DNA of 64,000 bases from Octopus vulgaris (taxonomy: Eukaryota): contig OX597814.1 in NCBI GenBank assembly GCA_951406725.2, positions 19,902,001-19,966,000 of the forward strand, in the 5' to 3' direction. Shown in pieces: positions 42,681 through 56,153 of this stretch. Numbering within the stretch: position 1 is the stretch's first letter; every line of letters begins with the position of its first letter. The notes below the pieces were generated by a model. The model did not search any database. It was not told the origin of the DNA and worked only from the letters and a program-made list of their open reading frames with translations. Made by a program: the position numbers and the translations under genes.

Positions 42681-42930
42681 GGAGGCGCGTGGCTTAGTGG
42701 TCAGGGTGTCAGCATCATGATCGTAAGATTGTGGTTTCGATTCCTAGACCGGGCGACGCGTTGTGTTCTTGAGCAAAACACTTCATTTTCACGTTGCTCC
42801 AGTCCACTCAGATGGCAAAAATAAGGAACGCTGCGATGGACTGGCGTCCCGTCCAGCTGGGGGAACACATCCGCCATTGAAACCGGGAAACCGGGCCCAT
42901 GAGGCTGGCTAGCCTTTACAAGGGCGCATT
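42681..42930 (+). mobile_element. SINE family B variant (tail ctgcgatggactggcgtcccgtccag)
   Basis: tRNA-like head ggaggcgcgtggcttagtgg...gtttcgattcc. Confidence 0.8.
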
Positions 42931-42939
42931 TATTTTTAT

Positions 42940-43363
<424 letters not shown>

Positions 43364-43470
43364 AGGAAGGGAGAGATTATGATATAGAAATATGAAATAT
43401 GAAACAGAATGTGTTCGTGTGTGTGAGAAGAGAAAGTGAGAGGAGACGAAGAGAGACGGGAAGAGGGAAC

Positions 43471-43513
<43 letters not shown>

Positions 43514-43670
43514 AATGCTCGTAAGTGTGTTTGTACAGACGGAGATGTAGAACAACTAAAAAAATACTTAAAATAAATTGCTGTTCTTTTTATGTGTGTA
43601 TTTATGTGTGCTGTATGTTTGGTAAATGTGCGTAACCTATGTGACTGTGTTTTCGTGTGCAAAATATATC

Positions 43671-43902
43671 TGTTTCTTTATTGCCCACAAGGGGCTAACC
43701 ATAGAGGGGACAAACAAGGACAGACAAACGGATTAAGTCGACTACATCGCCCCCCAGTGCGTAACTGGTACTTAATTTATCGACCCCCAAAGGATGAAAG
43801 GCAAAGTCGACCTCGGCGGAATTTGAACTCAGAACGCAACGACAGACGCAATAACACTAAGCATTTCGCCTGGTGTGCTAACGTTTCTGCCAGCTCGCCG
43901 CC
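43671..43902 (-). mobile_element. SINE family A
   Basis: TSD ttcgt(g/a)tgcaaaatatatc at 43652-43670 and 43903-43921. Confidence 0.9.
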
Positions 43903-44000
43903 TTCGTATGCAAAATATATCATTGATGTTTTGTACGTGTGTGTGGATTTGTGAGTAATTCATGTATGTGAGCGCAAAAGAGAGAGTGAAGGACAGAGAG

Positions 44001-44038
<38 letters not shown>

Positions 44039-44896
44039 ATATACTCACGCATACACGCACGCAAACGCACACACATACACACACACACACACACATACAC
44101 ACACACACGCACGCACAGCCTGAAAATAAAGACGAGGTGAAAGAAAAGAAATGAGAGATCAAGAGAACACGAAACTGTGAAAGACAGTGAGCAAGTGAGC
44201 GAGTGAAAGAGAGAGAGAGGGGGGGAGAGAGAAAGAGAGAGTGACAGACAAACAGACATACTGACAGACAGAGAGTGAGAGGGAGAGAGAGAAAGAGAGA
44301 GAGAGATTCTAGTTATCAGTCGGCTGTCAACTGTCAACGAAAGGTAACCCAATGTTTGTTCAGTTGAATTTCTCGGCCTGTCACAACTTTGGTTTCGGTT
44401 CAGTTCCAACAATTTCGTCCGCTTTTTTTCTTTCTGAGGAGGAAGTGGGGGTGTATCTATTTTCAAATTTGTTATTTTGGAGGGGGGGTTTTTTGTTTGT
44501 TTAAATTGTTTTTTTAATGTATTTCTTAAATGCAATTTAATCTGTCTCCAGCTACATTGCGTTTTTTGTTCTGGGTTTTTTGTTTTTTCCTATAATGTTC
44601 TTTTTATTGTTATTGCTGTTGTTTTATGGTAAGTTTGTTTTTTGTTTTTGTTTTTTTTGTTGTCTCTACCTTTGCGATTTGTTCATGACTTAGGCCTTTC
44701 AACATCAACAATAATAATAATAATAATAATAATAATTGCAATTGTAACCATAGTATATGTGATGATAATGATGATGAAAACTAGAAGAAAAATAATGGAA
44801 TTCATGAAAGGAAGGAAAAACTGAACGAAGAGGCAAATATGAGACGTTGAGAATCTCTAAAGGAACTTCAAAAAACTAAACGGATATTATTACATA

Positions 44897-46574
44897 CTAG
44901 CAGTATCGCCCGGCGTTGCTCGGGTTTGTAAGGGGAATAACTATATAAGCATTTTTAGAGAGTTATAGCCAAAAAATAGCAAAAAAATGGGATCTTTTCA
45001 ATTCTGAAGCCAGGACCACAGATCTTTCTACTTAACTAAATATTCTGAAACTTCGTATGCTGATAGAGTCTAGCAAAACAAGACACAGGTTGGAACTAGT
45101 TTATTTGAGAAAAATCTATTTTATGACTTTAATCGTAGATTAAAACTGCGAATTTTAACACAATCAGATTGTTTGTTTTCATGTGTAAAACTTGACTGCA
45201 TTCTATTAGTGTGACGTAGAAAGCGCTTTTGTGACGTACTAACGTTCGGAAAACTGTAAACAAACACAGAACGTAACGGCAGACGAAATACGGCTACGCA
45301 TTTCACCCGGCGTGCTAACGTTTCTGCCAGCTCTTTGCTTTTTTAATATTAAATTTCTTGCCTTTTGCACAAATAAATACAATAAGTGAAATGAAACGCA
45401 TTACGAAATCTTGTTAGAAGCCTCGTCACTGAGATGCCACTTCTTAATAGCAAACGAAAGCAAGTACTAACAGAATGGAAACATTTTCAATTTAATACAT
45501 GTGGCTTATTAACTAGTTTTAAATATTGTTATTAGAAGGTGGCTGACTATAGGATCCTGGAAACATGAGTACGTTAAATAATTAGAAGGAGATTTCACGG
45601 AGACATGCGGCTTGTTTACATTTAAGATGTTTAATACGTCACCAAATTGGTGGTCGAGACGGAGTAAATAAAATAAAGCCGAATGACGGAATATCATTGG
45701 TTAAAATTCTAATTATTAAACAACGTTAAACTTAGAAGTTACAATTCCGTTTTCATTCTGGTTTACAATTAAGTTTACTTTTGACACATTCTACCAGTAT
45801 ACGAAGTTTCAAATTGTTTGGTTCAGTAGGAAAAATTTGAAAAAACTGGCTTCAGAATAGAAAAGATCCAAAAAATGCATTAAAAATGGGAAAAAAATGA
45901 TGGTAAATTTTTTTTAATCTTTGACTCATCGTAGACATTTTTAGAGAGTTACTTCCCTTATATAATAGCGAAAAAATTCATTAAAATGGAAAAAAATGAT
46001 GGTAATTTTTTTTTAAATCGTAGACTCATCGTAGACGCGCGCTAATACCCAGAAGGGCTCGATATGAATCACGACTATAAGATACCCACTTTTGATTACA
46101 CTGCACCGCAAAATGTGGGAGTAGTTAGGAATCTGAATCGTAGGAGACAGACACACAACTTCACTTTTATATATAAAGACTAGCAGTATCGCCCGGCGTT
46201 GCTCGGGTTTGTAAGGGAAATAACTATATAAGCATTTTTAGAGAGTTATAGCCAAAAAATAGCTAAAAAATGCATTAAAAATGGAAAAAAATAATGGTAA
46301 ATTTTTTTTAATCGTTGACTCACCGTAGACATTTTTAGAGAGTTACTTCCCTTATATAATAGCGAAAAAAATTCATTAAAATGGGAAAAAATGATGGTAA
46401 ATTTTTTTTTAATCGTAGACTCATCGTAGACGCGCGCTAATACCCAGAAGGGCTCGATATGAATCACAACTATAAGATACCCACTTTTGGTTAAACTGCA
46501 CCGCAAAATGTGGGAGTAGTTAGGAATCTAAATCGTTGGAGACAGACACACAACTTCACTTTTATATATAAAGA
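44897..46574 (-). mobile_element. Head-to-tail Helitron family A dimer (44897-46179 and 46180-46574)
   Basis: Direct junction ...ataaaga|ctagcag... at 46179/46180; first copy interrupted by the 44990-45869 element. Confidence 0.9.
44990..45869 (+). mobile_element. DNA transposon/MITE with GG...CC termini and 8-bp TSD (Merlin-like candidate)
   Basis: TIR ggatcttttcaattctgaagccag / ctggcttcagaatagaaaagatcc; TSD aaaaaatg at 44982-44989 and 45870-45877; SINE A fragment inside (~45265-45335). Confidence 0.8.
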
Positions 46575-46942
46575 TATAGGTGCGGCTGTGTGGCAATGAG
46601 TTTGCTTCCCGGCCACGCGTTTTCGAGTTCAGTCGCCCTGCGAGGCACCTTGGATAATTAGATAAGAGACTAGAATGTTTAACTAAATGAGATGTTCAGT
46701 TTCCTTTGAGATGTGTTTGTGTTTGTGTATCTGTGTGTATGTGTGTGTGTATGTATGCATGTATGTATGTATGCATGTATGTATGTATGTGTGTATGTAT
46801 GTACGCCATTATTCAGTTTTATTTCAAGCTTTCTTGCCACCAGAGAAAGAACCGGTTTCTAACCTAGATACAAGCCTCTTCATTGGAATTTCAACATCAG
46901 CAACAGGGTATTCTTGTTTGTTTGTATGTTTGTTTGTATGTA

Positions 46943-46991
<49 letters not shown>

Positions 46992-47046
46992 ATGTATGTA
47001 TGTATGTATGTATGTATGTATGTATGTACGTACGTATGTATGTATG

Positions 47047-47298
47047 TGCAAATTTATGTTTTATGTATGTATTCTCATACATATATTTGCATATCTAGAC
47101 AAACACATATATATTTAAATGATAAACTTCTGGAAAGTTTTACAGATTCTTACAGTTCCAGTGATGGATTATCTCTGTAGTCTTCGAATTAGCTTTCTCC
47201 TTTCTGATTTTGAGAAGCTTAATTTCTCAAGATTGGTATTTAGGCAGTGTGTTACATATCCCAGGGCCCCAATAATTACAGGTATAAACCTGAACTTG
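47047..47298 (-). mobile_element. RLE LINE 3' end
   Basis: Reverse complement of 13470-13730; (TATG)n on both sides. Confidence 0.85.
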
Positions 47299-47889
47299 TA
47301 TGTATGTATGTATGTATGTATGTATATATGTAAAGAATAAAGTCAGGTGATATGAGAGGTGAAGACAGATTTATTTATCCATATGACTTCTATCTGGTTA
47401 TGGCGGTTTCGTAACCTTCATGGAGCATTAATTTCAATACGAAAAAAAATTATACGTCTGCATCTATACGCATGCTCAGTATTATACAATTGTATATTCA
47501 CAAATTAATGCAATAAAAAGCCTGGCCTCAATACTTTGACGTATTCAACATGGAAGGCCCTACTAGGAACTTGCTCTTCAATGACATAGCTTTCAGAGTC
47601 ATTGAGGCCTCAGTGACCGTAAGATCTATGGACACAACCAAGGAACACCATGACATCACAACCAGAAAATACCCGGCTGGAATTAAAGAGCCAACACCCT
47701 TCAAAGTTGACCGCTCACACTTGTTAGCGAACGGCTACTTTCATTAGAACTCACTTCTCAAAACAAACTTAGTGATGACATGAAGAAATTTAAGTTGTCT
47801 TATAATTTATGGATTTATTTTTCTCTATGACCAATGACCACAATGAAGTAGATAACGATACAGATATCTTCTCCTCAATAACATAAGTA

Positions 47890-48160
47890 ATGGGATAAGC
47901 TACTACGATATAATTCAAGAGGCTAAACATATCGCTGAGAAAATTAAATTAGATAAGAAAACAGAATGTCTAACAAAACAAGAGGTTTATTTTACTGAGA
48001 AAAATCACGAAGCAAACGTCGCTAATATCTCCAAATGTACATGAATAAACCCTAACTGACAATCGTTATAGGATTGATAAATAAAATATCTGATGGAAAA
48101 TTAACATTAATATTAACATTAGAAAGAAAACTCGGCTTCGACAATGGACTAACAGTATGA
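47890..48160 (+). mobile_element. Decayed Penelope-like RT N-terminal region
   Basis: DIIQEAKHIAEKIKLDKKTECLTKQEVYFTEKNHEANVANISKCT*INP...IRKKTRLRQWTN resembles PLE EAK.IA..L.LD.R.E...A.IT.KDHK.NF.N..KCRLINP...QW.N. Confidence 0.65.
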
Positions 48161-48165
48161 TGAAT

Positions 48166-48526
48166 GGAGGCGCAATGGCCCAGTGGTTAGGGCAGCGGAC
48201 TCGCGGTCGTAGGATCGCGGTTTCGATTCCCAGACCGGGCGTTGTGAGTGTTTATTGAGCGAAAACACCTAAAGCTCCACGAGGCTCCGGCAGGGGATGG
48301 TGGTGATCCCTGCTGTACTCTTTCACCACAACTTTCTCTCACTCTTACTTCCTGTTTCTGTTGTACCTGTATTTCTCTGTGTCACGCTGAATATCCCCGA
48401 GAACTACGTTAAGGGTACACGTGTCTGTGGAGTGCTCAGCCACTTACACGTTAATTTCACGAGCAGGCTGTTCCGTTGATTCGGATCAACCGGAACCCTC
48501 GTCGTCGTAACCGACGGAGTGCTTCC
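48166..48526 (+). mobile_element. tRNA(Arg)-like SINE family B, full length
   Basis: ggaggcgcaatggcccagtggttagggcagcggactcgcggtcg...gtttcgattccc (A and B boxes); near-identical inverted copy at 35144-35503. Confidence 0.9.
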
Positions 48527-48572
48527 TCCTTAAAGTATTATGATTATTTAGAGATTTTTAATAACATTAGAG

Positions 48573-49290
48573 TGGAAGCACATGGTTTAGTGGTTAGAGC
48601 AGCGGGTTCGCGATCGAGGGATCGCGGGTTCGAATCTCAGAGCGGGCGATGTGTGTGTTTATGAGCGAAACACCTAAGCTCCACGCGGCTCCGGCAGAAG
48701 GTAATGGGGAACGGATCTTTTCGGTTTGAACAGCAGTTTCTTTAAAATGATTTCCACGTAACTAAACACTTTTAAACTTCGTATACTGGTAGAATATGTT
48801 TATAAAACATCTTCTTCTCTTGGCTTTATTGAAAAATTCTATAGTTTGTAAGATACTTGTTGTTTTCTTCTTCAATTTCTGCAATTTCAACCAATCAGTA
48901 ACGTCTATTGAGCTGAAAACATTCTGTGCCGTATGAATATGTCCCTCGTTTAAGAAACAGATTGGGTTTATTTATATTTCTGAAGAAAAGAAGATACCCT
49001 TCCCCCCAGCCCTAACCCTAACCCTTAAACAGATTGAAATACAATAGATCGATACTAGGGTCATAATTATGGGTGACAATTTCATGTGACACCGCTAGAA
49101 AAACTGCCGTTCAAACCGAAAAGCTCCCGGCGAACTTCTGCTGACTCTTTCGCCACAACTTTCTCTCACTCTTTCCTCCTGCATCTTGCAGCTCACCTGC
49201 GACGGACCGGCGACGGAACCTATACGCAAAAGAAACCGGGAAATCGGCCCTTATGAGCCAGGTATGGCTCGAGAAGGAACAAACAATAAC
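48573..49290 (+). mobile_element. SINE family B variant interrupted by a DNA element
   Basis: tRNA-like head tggtttagtggttagagc...gggttcgaatc; split at 48713-49127. Confidence 0.75.
48713..49127 (+). mobile_element. MITE with GGATCTTTTC TIRs and internal (CCCTAA)n
   Basis: ggatcttttcggtttgaacagcagtt / aactgccgttcaaaccgaaaagctcc; degenerate 8-bp TSD tggggaac/cggcgaac; ccctaaccctaacc at ~49010. Confidence 0.8.
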
Positions 49291-49652
49291 ACTAGAAATA
49301 AGACTAAGGCAGCGAGCTTATAGAATGGTCAGTACGCTGATGTAATTTACTCAGCAGCATTTCAACCGTCTTTATGTTCTAAGTCCAAATTCCGCCGAGG
49401 TTGTCTTTGCCTTTCATCTTTTTGGAGTTCGATAAAATAAGTATCAATTGAGCACTGGGGTCGATGTTTTCAATTCATCCCCTCCTTCAAAATTGGTTTT
49501 GTGTTTATGTTTTCGTTTCTCATTGTGTTCGACGTTTTTTTGGTGTCATGTACCCATATATGCATGTATATATATACATGTAGAGGTAGGAACGTACATA
49601 TATGTATGTATATATGCATATGTTTTATTTATTTATTAATTTTATATATATA

Positions 49653-50047
49653 CTAGCAGTATCGCCCGGCGTTGCTCGGGTTTGTAAGGGAAATAATTAT
49701 ATAAGCATTTTTAGAGATGTAAAGTATAATAGCCATCTCAATATGGCTAACCACAAAGGGGGAGGGGTGTTACTGTAGCTTTTTACGTTCTGAGATTTAA
49801 TAATAAATTTTAGAGAGTTACTTCCCTTATATATGTCAAAAATGGATTAAAAATGGGAAAAATTGATGTTAAATTTTTTTTTAAATCGTAGACTCATCGT
49901 AGATGCACGCTAATACCCAGACGGTCTCGATATGAATCACGACTATAAGATACCCGGTTTTGGTTAAACTGCACCGCAAAATGTGGGAGTAGTTAGGAAT
50001 CTAAATCGTAGGAGACAGACACACAACCTCACTTTTATATATAAAGA
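49653..50047 (-). mobile_element. Helitron family A variant with a different internal segment
   Basis: Same termini; ~49716-49805 not shared with other copies. Confidence 0.85.
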
Positions 50048-50209
50048 TTTCCTCTATTTACATAATATTGAGGTCTCTTTCTTTCTTTTGTTATCTTACT
50101 GTTTTTACCAATATACATATATATATATATATAAATATATATATAGTTACAGAGATGTACTTGCATAGCAAGTGACTTGATCTGAGATCGTGTGCTGGAA
50201 CGAAAACAG

Positions 50210-50468
50210 TTGCAGCGTTGAAGGTGTTTATAAGCCATTTAAGAAATACACAAAAACCGTTAGATTCACTTCAACATTTAAATTTAATTTGTCAAAATAT
50301 TTTCATCGCTTTGAGACCGCGACCTGTTAGCACGATATTTTTGTCAGTGAACAGGTCGCGGTCTCAAAGCGACGAAAATATTTTGGCAAATTAAATTTAA
50401 ATGTTGAAGTGAATGTAACGGTTTTTGTGTGTTTCTTAAATGGCTTACAAACACCTTCCACGCTGCAA
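50210..50468. repeat. ~260-bp inverted repeat (arms 50210-50328 and 50350-50468)
   Basis: ttgcagcgttgaaggtgttt...gagaccgcgacctgtt mirrored by aacaggtcgcggtctc...aaacaccttccacgctgcaa. Confidence 0.9.
50340..50390 (+). ncRNA. Minimal hammerhead ribozyme with G3-C8 core variant
   Basis: tttgtca-GTGAACA-g-gtcgc(ggtctcaaa)gcgac-GAAA-atat-TT-tggcaaa; 7-bp stem I (one G-U), 5-bp stem II, palindromic stem III. Confidence 0.6.
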
Positions 50469-50831
50469 TATATATATACACATATATATATATATGTATG
50501 TATGTATGTATGTGTGTATATGTGTATGCATGTATGTGTGTGTGTGTGCGTGTCTGTGCTTGTGATTGTCCTCCACCACTGCTTGACAACGAATGTTGGT
50601 TTGTTTACATCCCTGTCACCTAGTGGTTTGACAAAGGAAACAGATAGAATAAGTACAATGCTTACAAAAATAAAACTGGAGTTGATTCATTAAACTACAA
50701 TTCTTCAAGGCATTGCCCCAGCATGGCCACAGACCAATGGCTGGAAAAAGCAGAAGAATAAAAGAATACATTCTCTGCTTTGGTCTTATGTTCAAGGCAT
50801 GAGAAAGCTTGAGTTTACATGAGAAGGCCTA

Positions 50832-51205
50832 ACAGACCTGGTAGAAACAGCAGCCAAATCTCCTTCAAATCACACCTTACTGTCTTATGTATGTATATAT
50901 ATATGAGCCAATGAGGGGGACCTCTACATGGTAGCTAGACCTGGTAGAAATAGCAGCCAAATTTCCCCAAATCACACCTTACTGTCTTATCTATGTATAT
51001 ATGTATGTATGAGCCTATGAGGGAGACCCCTACATGGCAGCTAGACCTGGTAGAAATAGCAGCCAAATTTCCCCCAAATCACACCTTACTGTCTTATCTA
51101 TGTATATATGTATGTATGAGCCTATGAGGGAGACCCCTACATGGCAGCTAGACATGGTAGAAATAGCAGCCAAATCTCCCTCAAATCACACCTTACTGTC
51201 TTATC
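50832..51205 (+). repeat. Tandem repeat, ~105-bp unit x ~3.5
   Basis: agacctggtagaaatagcagccaaat...aaatcacaccttactgtctta recurs at ~50834, 50936, 51043 and 51150. Confidence 0.85.
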
Positions 51206-52023
51206 TTTCTGCTACTTGGATATAGGTGTTATATTCGTCGTAAAAAACTTTCCTGTCACACACTCACGCACACGCACACACACACACACGCACACACACA
51301 CACATGCACCCTCACACACACACACGCGCGCACACCCACACACACCCACTCACACACACGCACGTTAGCTTACAATTTTATTTATATATTTGCGTGTCTA
51401 TGTGTGGAAAGAGGAAGTGGGAGGCAGAGTGAAAGAATCACTCACTACAGTAAGTCAATTACTTTCATTTTATTCGTTGCCCACTGTGTGTGTGCGTTTG
51501 CGTGTGGTGTAAACCAGACTAAGAAAAGCATTTGACACACACACCAGAATGTGAGTTTTCTGTAAATTTTGCTTAATTGGAGTTTAAATTTTAAAAACTG
51601 GACCTGGCATGACGCGATGCATTGTACTCTTAAAAATGCTAGGTAAATTGTAATTGAAGAAATCCTATATTGTAGATTTCTATAACTCCCAAAGGGAGGC
51701 AGATAAAATCTGCCTTTTATAATAAGAGATATACATATATATATAAAACAATACTGGGAGGAAGAGAAATGGAACGAAGCGACGAATCGAAACGAACCCG
51801 AAGCGAAGCGCTTTCAGACAATAGTGTAATAAATAAAATATATGCATACATACAAACATTATGTACGTACCTACATCTACATGTATATATACATGCATAT
51901 ATAAATATATATACGTGAGTACAGGACACCACAACTAGACGTAGAACTCAACGAAAAACGAAAACGGACAAGCCGTGTGGGCAGTTATCTAAAAGTTTTT
52001 GTTCGTCATGATGCTGACATAAG

Positions 52024-52120
52024 TTCCTTGTCTTTCCTGATGAGAAGGCGGCATAATGCACCCTTTATTCCTTCGGAATTAAGAATATGCAGTCTTCGAA
52101 ACATGTCGAGAATAAAGGAA
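52024..52120 (+). ncRNA. Type I hammerhead ribozyme
   Basis: ttcctt-gtc-tttc-CTGATGA-gaaggc.gcata...tatgc.gtcttc-GAAA-catg-TC-gaga-ata-aaggaa: canonical core, GUC cleavage triplet, bulged stem I, overlapping AATAAA. Confidence 0.75.
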
Positions 52121-52153
52121 TTTTGTTAAATCGTCGTTCGACTCCGTTCTTTC

Positions 52154-52235
<82 letters not shown>

Positions 52236-52580
52236 GTGAATACTTTATATAATGTTTATAAGATAATATATAGAGTTATGTTCACTTGTACCATAACATG
52301 AGATTGCTACATTAAAACTTACGTGTACGCAAAGCCAAGCTAAATCATACAGAGATCAGCCATACTGGAAAATGTAATGATCCAATTAGAAGTTTTACAA
52401 ACAAGTATCTACCATCACAGCTTAGTAATTAGGCTTATTGTCGCATCTAGAGCTCATTTTAATTATTTCCCAATGACGAATTACTCAAGAGCATATGTAA
52501 CGCTATAAAATAATTACATACTAACACGCACACAAATACAATCACACACACACACGCACATACAAGAACACATACACACA

Positions 52581-52654
<74 letters not shown>

Positions 52655-53291
52655 CGCATATTGAATTTCCATTTTACACTCTTAACGATGTGGAAACCAA
52701 GAAGCTGGGAAGTAAATAATTCAACTCCTCAAACGTAACTTTATTGGAGAAGAAACTATGTGAAGGAAAAGATCAATTTATGGCATTTGAAGTTAATATA
52801 TTTTCATTTATTTGTATTTGTTCTATATTTGTATAGGACTTTGTTTTGTTTTTCAATCAATGACTAGTAAAAACAAATATAATTATCTCCAGTTTTAAAC
52901 ACCATAAATTCTTCTTAACGCGATAATTATTTTTCTGTAATAAGAATGAAGTTGAAAAGAATTTGTGCAAAAACACCTGTTCTCTACTCGTAGCCTATGG
53001 GCGACATTTTACTTTCTTTTTTTTTTTTGTGGGTTTTTTTTCACTTGTTTCAGTTATTCAACTGCGGCAACGCTGGGGGTACTGCATTAAGGGGGTTTAG
53101 GCGAACACATCTACTCCAATACCTAGATAGATTTTTCACATTCCCGTTCATTGGGAACTGTCCGACGAACGGGAACGCAAAACTATGAGTAAGCGTTCTA
53201 TGATAATTTTACAGCTTTAATAAAAGTGTATTTCTCTACCTTTGGTATTCGAGTACTATTTCTTCCACTTTGTTTCGCATTTATGTGCTCA

Positions 53292-53375
<84 letters not shown>

Positions 53376-53463
53376 CTTATCAAAGGGAAATGGAAATTAA
53401 TTAAAATGTTCATTTGCAGTGGCCTAACGTGTAAAAATTTAGTCCAAAGACTATGTATTAGTC

Positions 53464-54552
<1,089 letters not shown>

Positions 54553-54554
54553 GA

Positions 54555-54870
54555 AGGCACATGGCTCAGTGGTTAGAGCGTCGAGTTTACGATCGTGAGA
54601 TTGTGAATTCGAATCCCGGACCGGGCTGGTTGTTGTGTTCTTGACCAAGACACTTTATTCACTCAGCTGTAGAAATGAGTTGCAACGTCACAGGTACCAT
54701 GCTGTGTCAGCCTTTGCCTTTGCCTTTCCCTTGCGTGGCGAGGAGAGGGGCGGCCGGTATACATGGGCGACTGCTGGTCTTCCATAAACAACCTTACCCG
54801 GACTTGTGGCTGGGAGGGTAACTTTCTATGCGCAATCCCATGGTCAGTCATGGCCGAACGGGGGGGTCTC
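54555..54870 (+). mobile_element. tRNA(Arg)-like SINE family B variant
   Basis: ggcacatggctcagtggttagagcgtcgagtttacgatcgtgag...ttcgaatccc head (ACG anticodon position); distinct tail. Confidence 0.75.
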
Positions 54871-55188
54871 AACATACATAGTTGAAATTTATTGAAAAAC
54901 AAAAGATGAAGACGTGTATGAACAACAAGCAAGTGTTGACGCTCGGAAAAATGAAAAAGTCTTTTACTTTTCGAGCCTATGCTCTTCAAAGGAATAAGAG
55001 AAAATAAACAGAGAGAATGAAAAAAACCTTGCAGATCTCAGCGGTCCAGCATGGGGATATGTATGTGTGTATGTATGTATGTATGTATGTATGTATGTAT
55101 GTATGTATGTATGTATGTATGTATGTATGTATGTACGTACGTACCTATATATATATATATATATATAAATATATGTATATATATATAA

Positions 55189-55239
<51 letters not shown>

Positions 55240-55255
<16 letters not shown>

Positions 55256-56100
55256 TGAAATGCGAAAAGTTTGTTTGTTTGTTTGTCTGGTTTTGGCATT
55301 GAGAACGGGTTAAAGGCCACTAGATCCCGTCGGATTGACTCCAAAATTTACAGAGACATGTAAAATGAGGTGAGGATGCCAGTGGGCTAGGTTACAAATC
55401 CCCATCTTAAAAGGTGTCATTGCTAGGGCCAAAAATGCACTTTGACAAGTCTACTCTCATTCTTTTATGTATCTGTCTTCCTCCGTCACTCATTCTCTTT
55501 TCCTCCCTTCCCATCATTTTCTATATATAACGTCGTTAACAGCGTCTAACTCCCCTTCATTTTCTCTTTATAACGTCGTCAAAGAGCGTTCTCTATCTTC
55601 CCCTCCTCCCCGCCTTCGACAGCGCTTTCACACACTCTCTCTCTACGTCTGTCTGCATTCATAAACAGAATTATCATCGCCACCACCACCACCACCACAC
55701 AATCATGACAACAAATATTATGAATCAGATATTTATTGGGTTAATTTACATATGTGTGTGTGTGTGTGTGTGTGTTCTATATATAAATATGTATATATAA
55801 TGTATATATACAAAGTGTATATATCTGTATTTATGTATATTAAACTTTTTAATACTTTTTGATAGTTATATATATTTTTTTTAAATTATAAATATAAATT
55901 AATAATTTTAATTTTAAATTTAAATAATTTTAATTTTAAAATTTTATATTTTATATATTTTGTACATTATATTTTTATTTTTATGTTGTGGGTTATGTTT
56001 TTTCACTGTTTAATTTGCCTAATAGTGGTTTTATCACTAATTTAATTTATATATATATATATATATATATAATTTGTATACATTTGTATATATAATGCGT

Positions 56101-56153
<53 letters not shown>

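Noticed and set aside
48166-48240. tRNA-Arg gene
   Set aside because: No proper acceptor stem; it continues into a multi-copy SINE body.
49009-49025. Interstitial telomere
   Set aside because: Only about two CCCTAA units, internal to a MITE.
54955-54995. Minus-strand ttgaagagcataggctcgaaa hammerhead-like motif
   Set aside because: Core position 3 and stem III are broken and stem II overlaps the core; at best a decayed PLE end.
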